From Eledone cirrhosa (Eukaryota), in NCBI GenBank assembly GCA_964016885.1, contig OZ024744.1, positions 69,502,001 to 69,566,000 on the forward strand: a DNA stretch of 64,000 bases, written 5' to 3'. The translations under genes and the position numbers were made by a program. The notes beneath the pieces were generated by a model. That model was not told the origin of the DNA and did not search any database. It saw only the letters and a program-made list of their open reading frames with translations. Positions 63,498-64,000 of the stretch are shown here, in pieces; within the stretch, counting starts at the first letter, position 1; each line of letters opens with the position of its first letter.

Positions 63498-64000
63498 GTA
63501 TATATATATATCTATTTCTAAGTATATATATCTATTTCTAAGTATATATATATATATAAACTTAAGAAAATTAACAAAGAGAGGACAACGCAAGGAACAG
63601 AAACAAAACAAAATACAATTTTTTAAGGGAAACCTTAAAAAATTATTTTTAAAAAGTGAAAATACAAACGAAGGACACAGAACACCAGGGTCATCGGCCG
63701 TTGAGATACACTTTGGCAGGTTCAATACCTACTGCTGGGGTCACAGCGTCCGATACAAGCCAAACGCAATCCAGTGCAGTAAGAGACGAGAGACAAAACA
63801 TTAATTCATAACAATTAAGCTACATAACATAACATTTTGTGTGACGTCAGGGAAAAATTGTTTTATATATATATGTATTACCAACAAACACCAAATGAAA
63901 AATACACACCTAAATGCCACTCACACTATACCCCAAAATACCAACTTAAAACTTAATTTCTCTACCACTTCTCACATAGAATATAATAACTTTAAAAAAA

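Overview
This window is eukaryotic, AT-rich, microsatellite-dense DNA made almost entirely of transposable elements. I found no host gene, rRNA, true tRNA or CRISPR. The SINE type and repeat landscape suggest a cephalopod (octopod-like) genome, but that is inference. There are four main components. (1) A ~23 kb train (12.0-34.9 kb) of three head-to-tail L1/Tx1-clade retrotransposons, one with intact ORF1 and ORF2. Two opposite-strand R4/Dong-like elements are nested inside it and SINEs bound it, with an (AAT)n tract at every Tx1 end. (2) Penelope-like (Naiad-type) elements, plus about ten short fold-back, non-coding elements beside (TA)n tracts. Many of these carry minimal type I hammerhead ribozyme motifs, including two unrelated families with a compensated U3-A8 core. 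(3) Decayed RTE-clade LINEs. (4) Helitrons, one with a PIF1 helicase. The best leads are the fold-back hammerhead elements, the self-seeding (ATT)n-tail element train, the ORF1 module swap on a shared ORF2, a conserved potential micro-intron that would fuse ORF1 to ORF2 in frame, and an in-frame UGA shared by two Tx1 copies. All alignments were done by eye, so boundaries of decayed elements are approximate.
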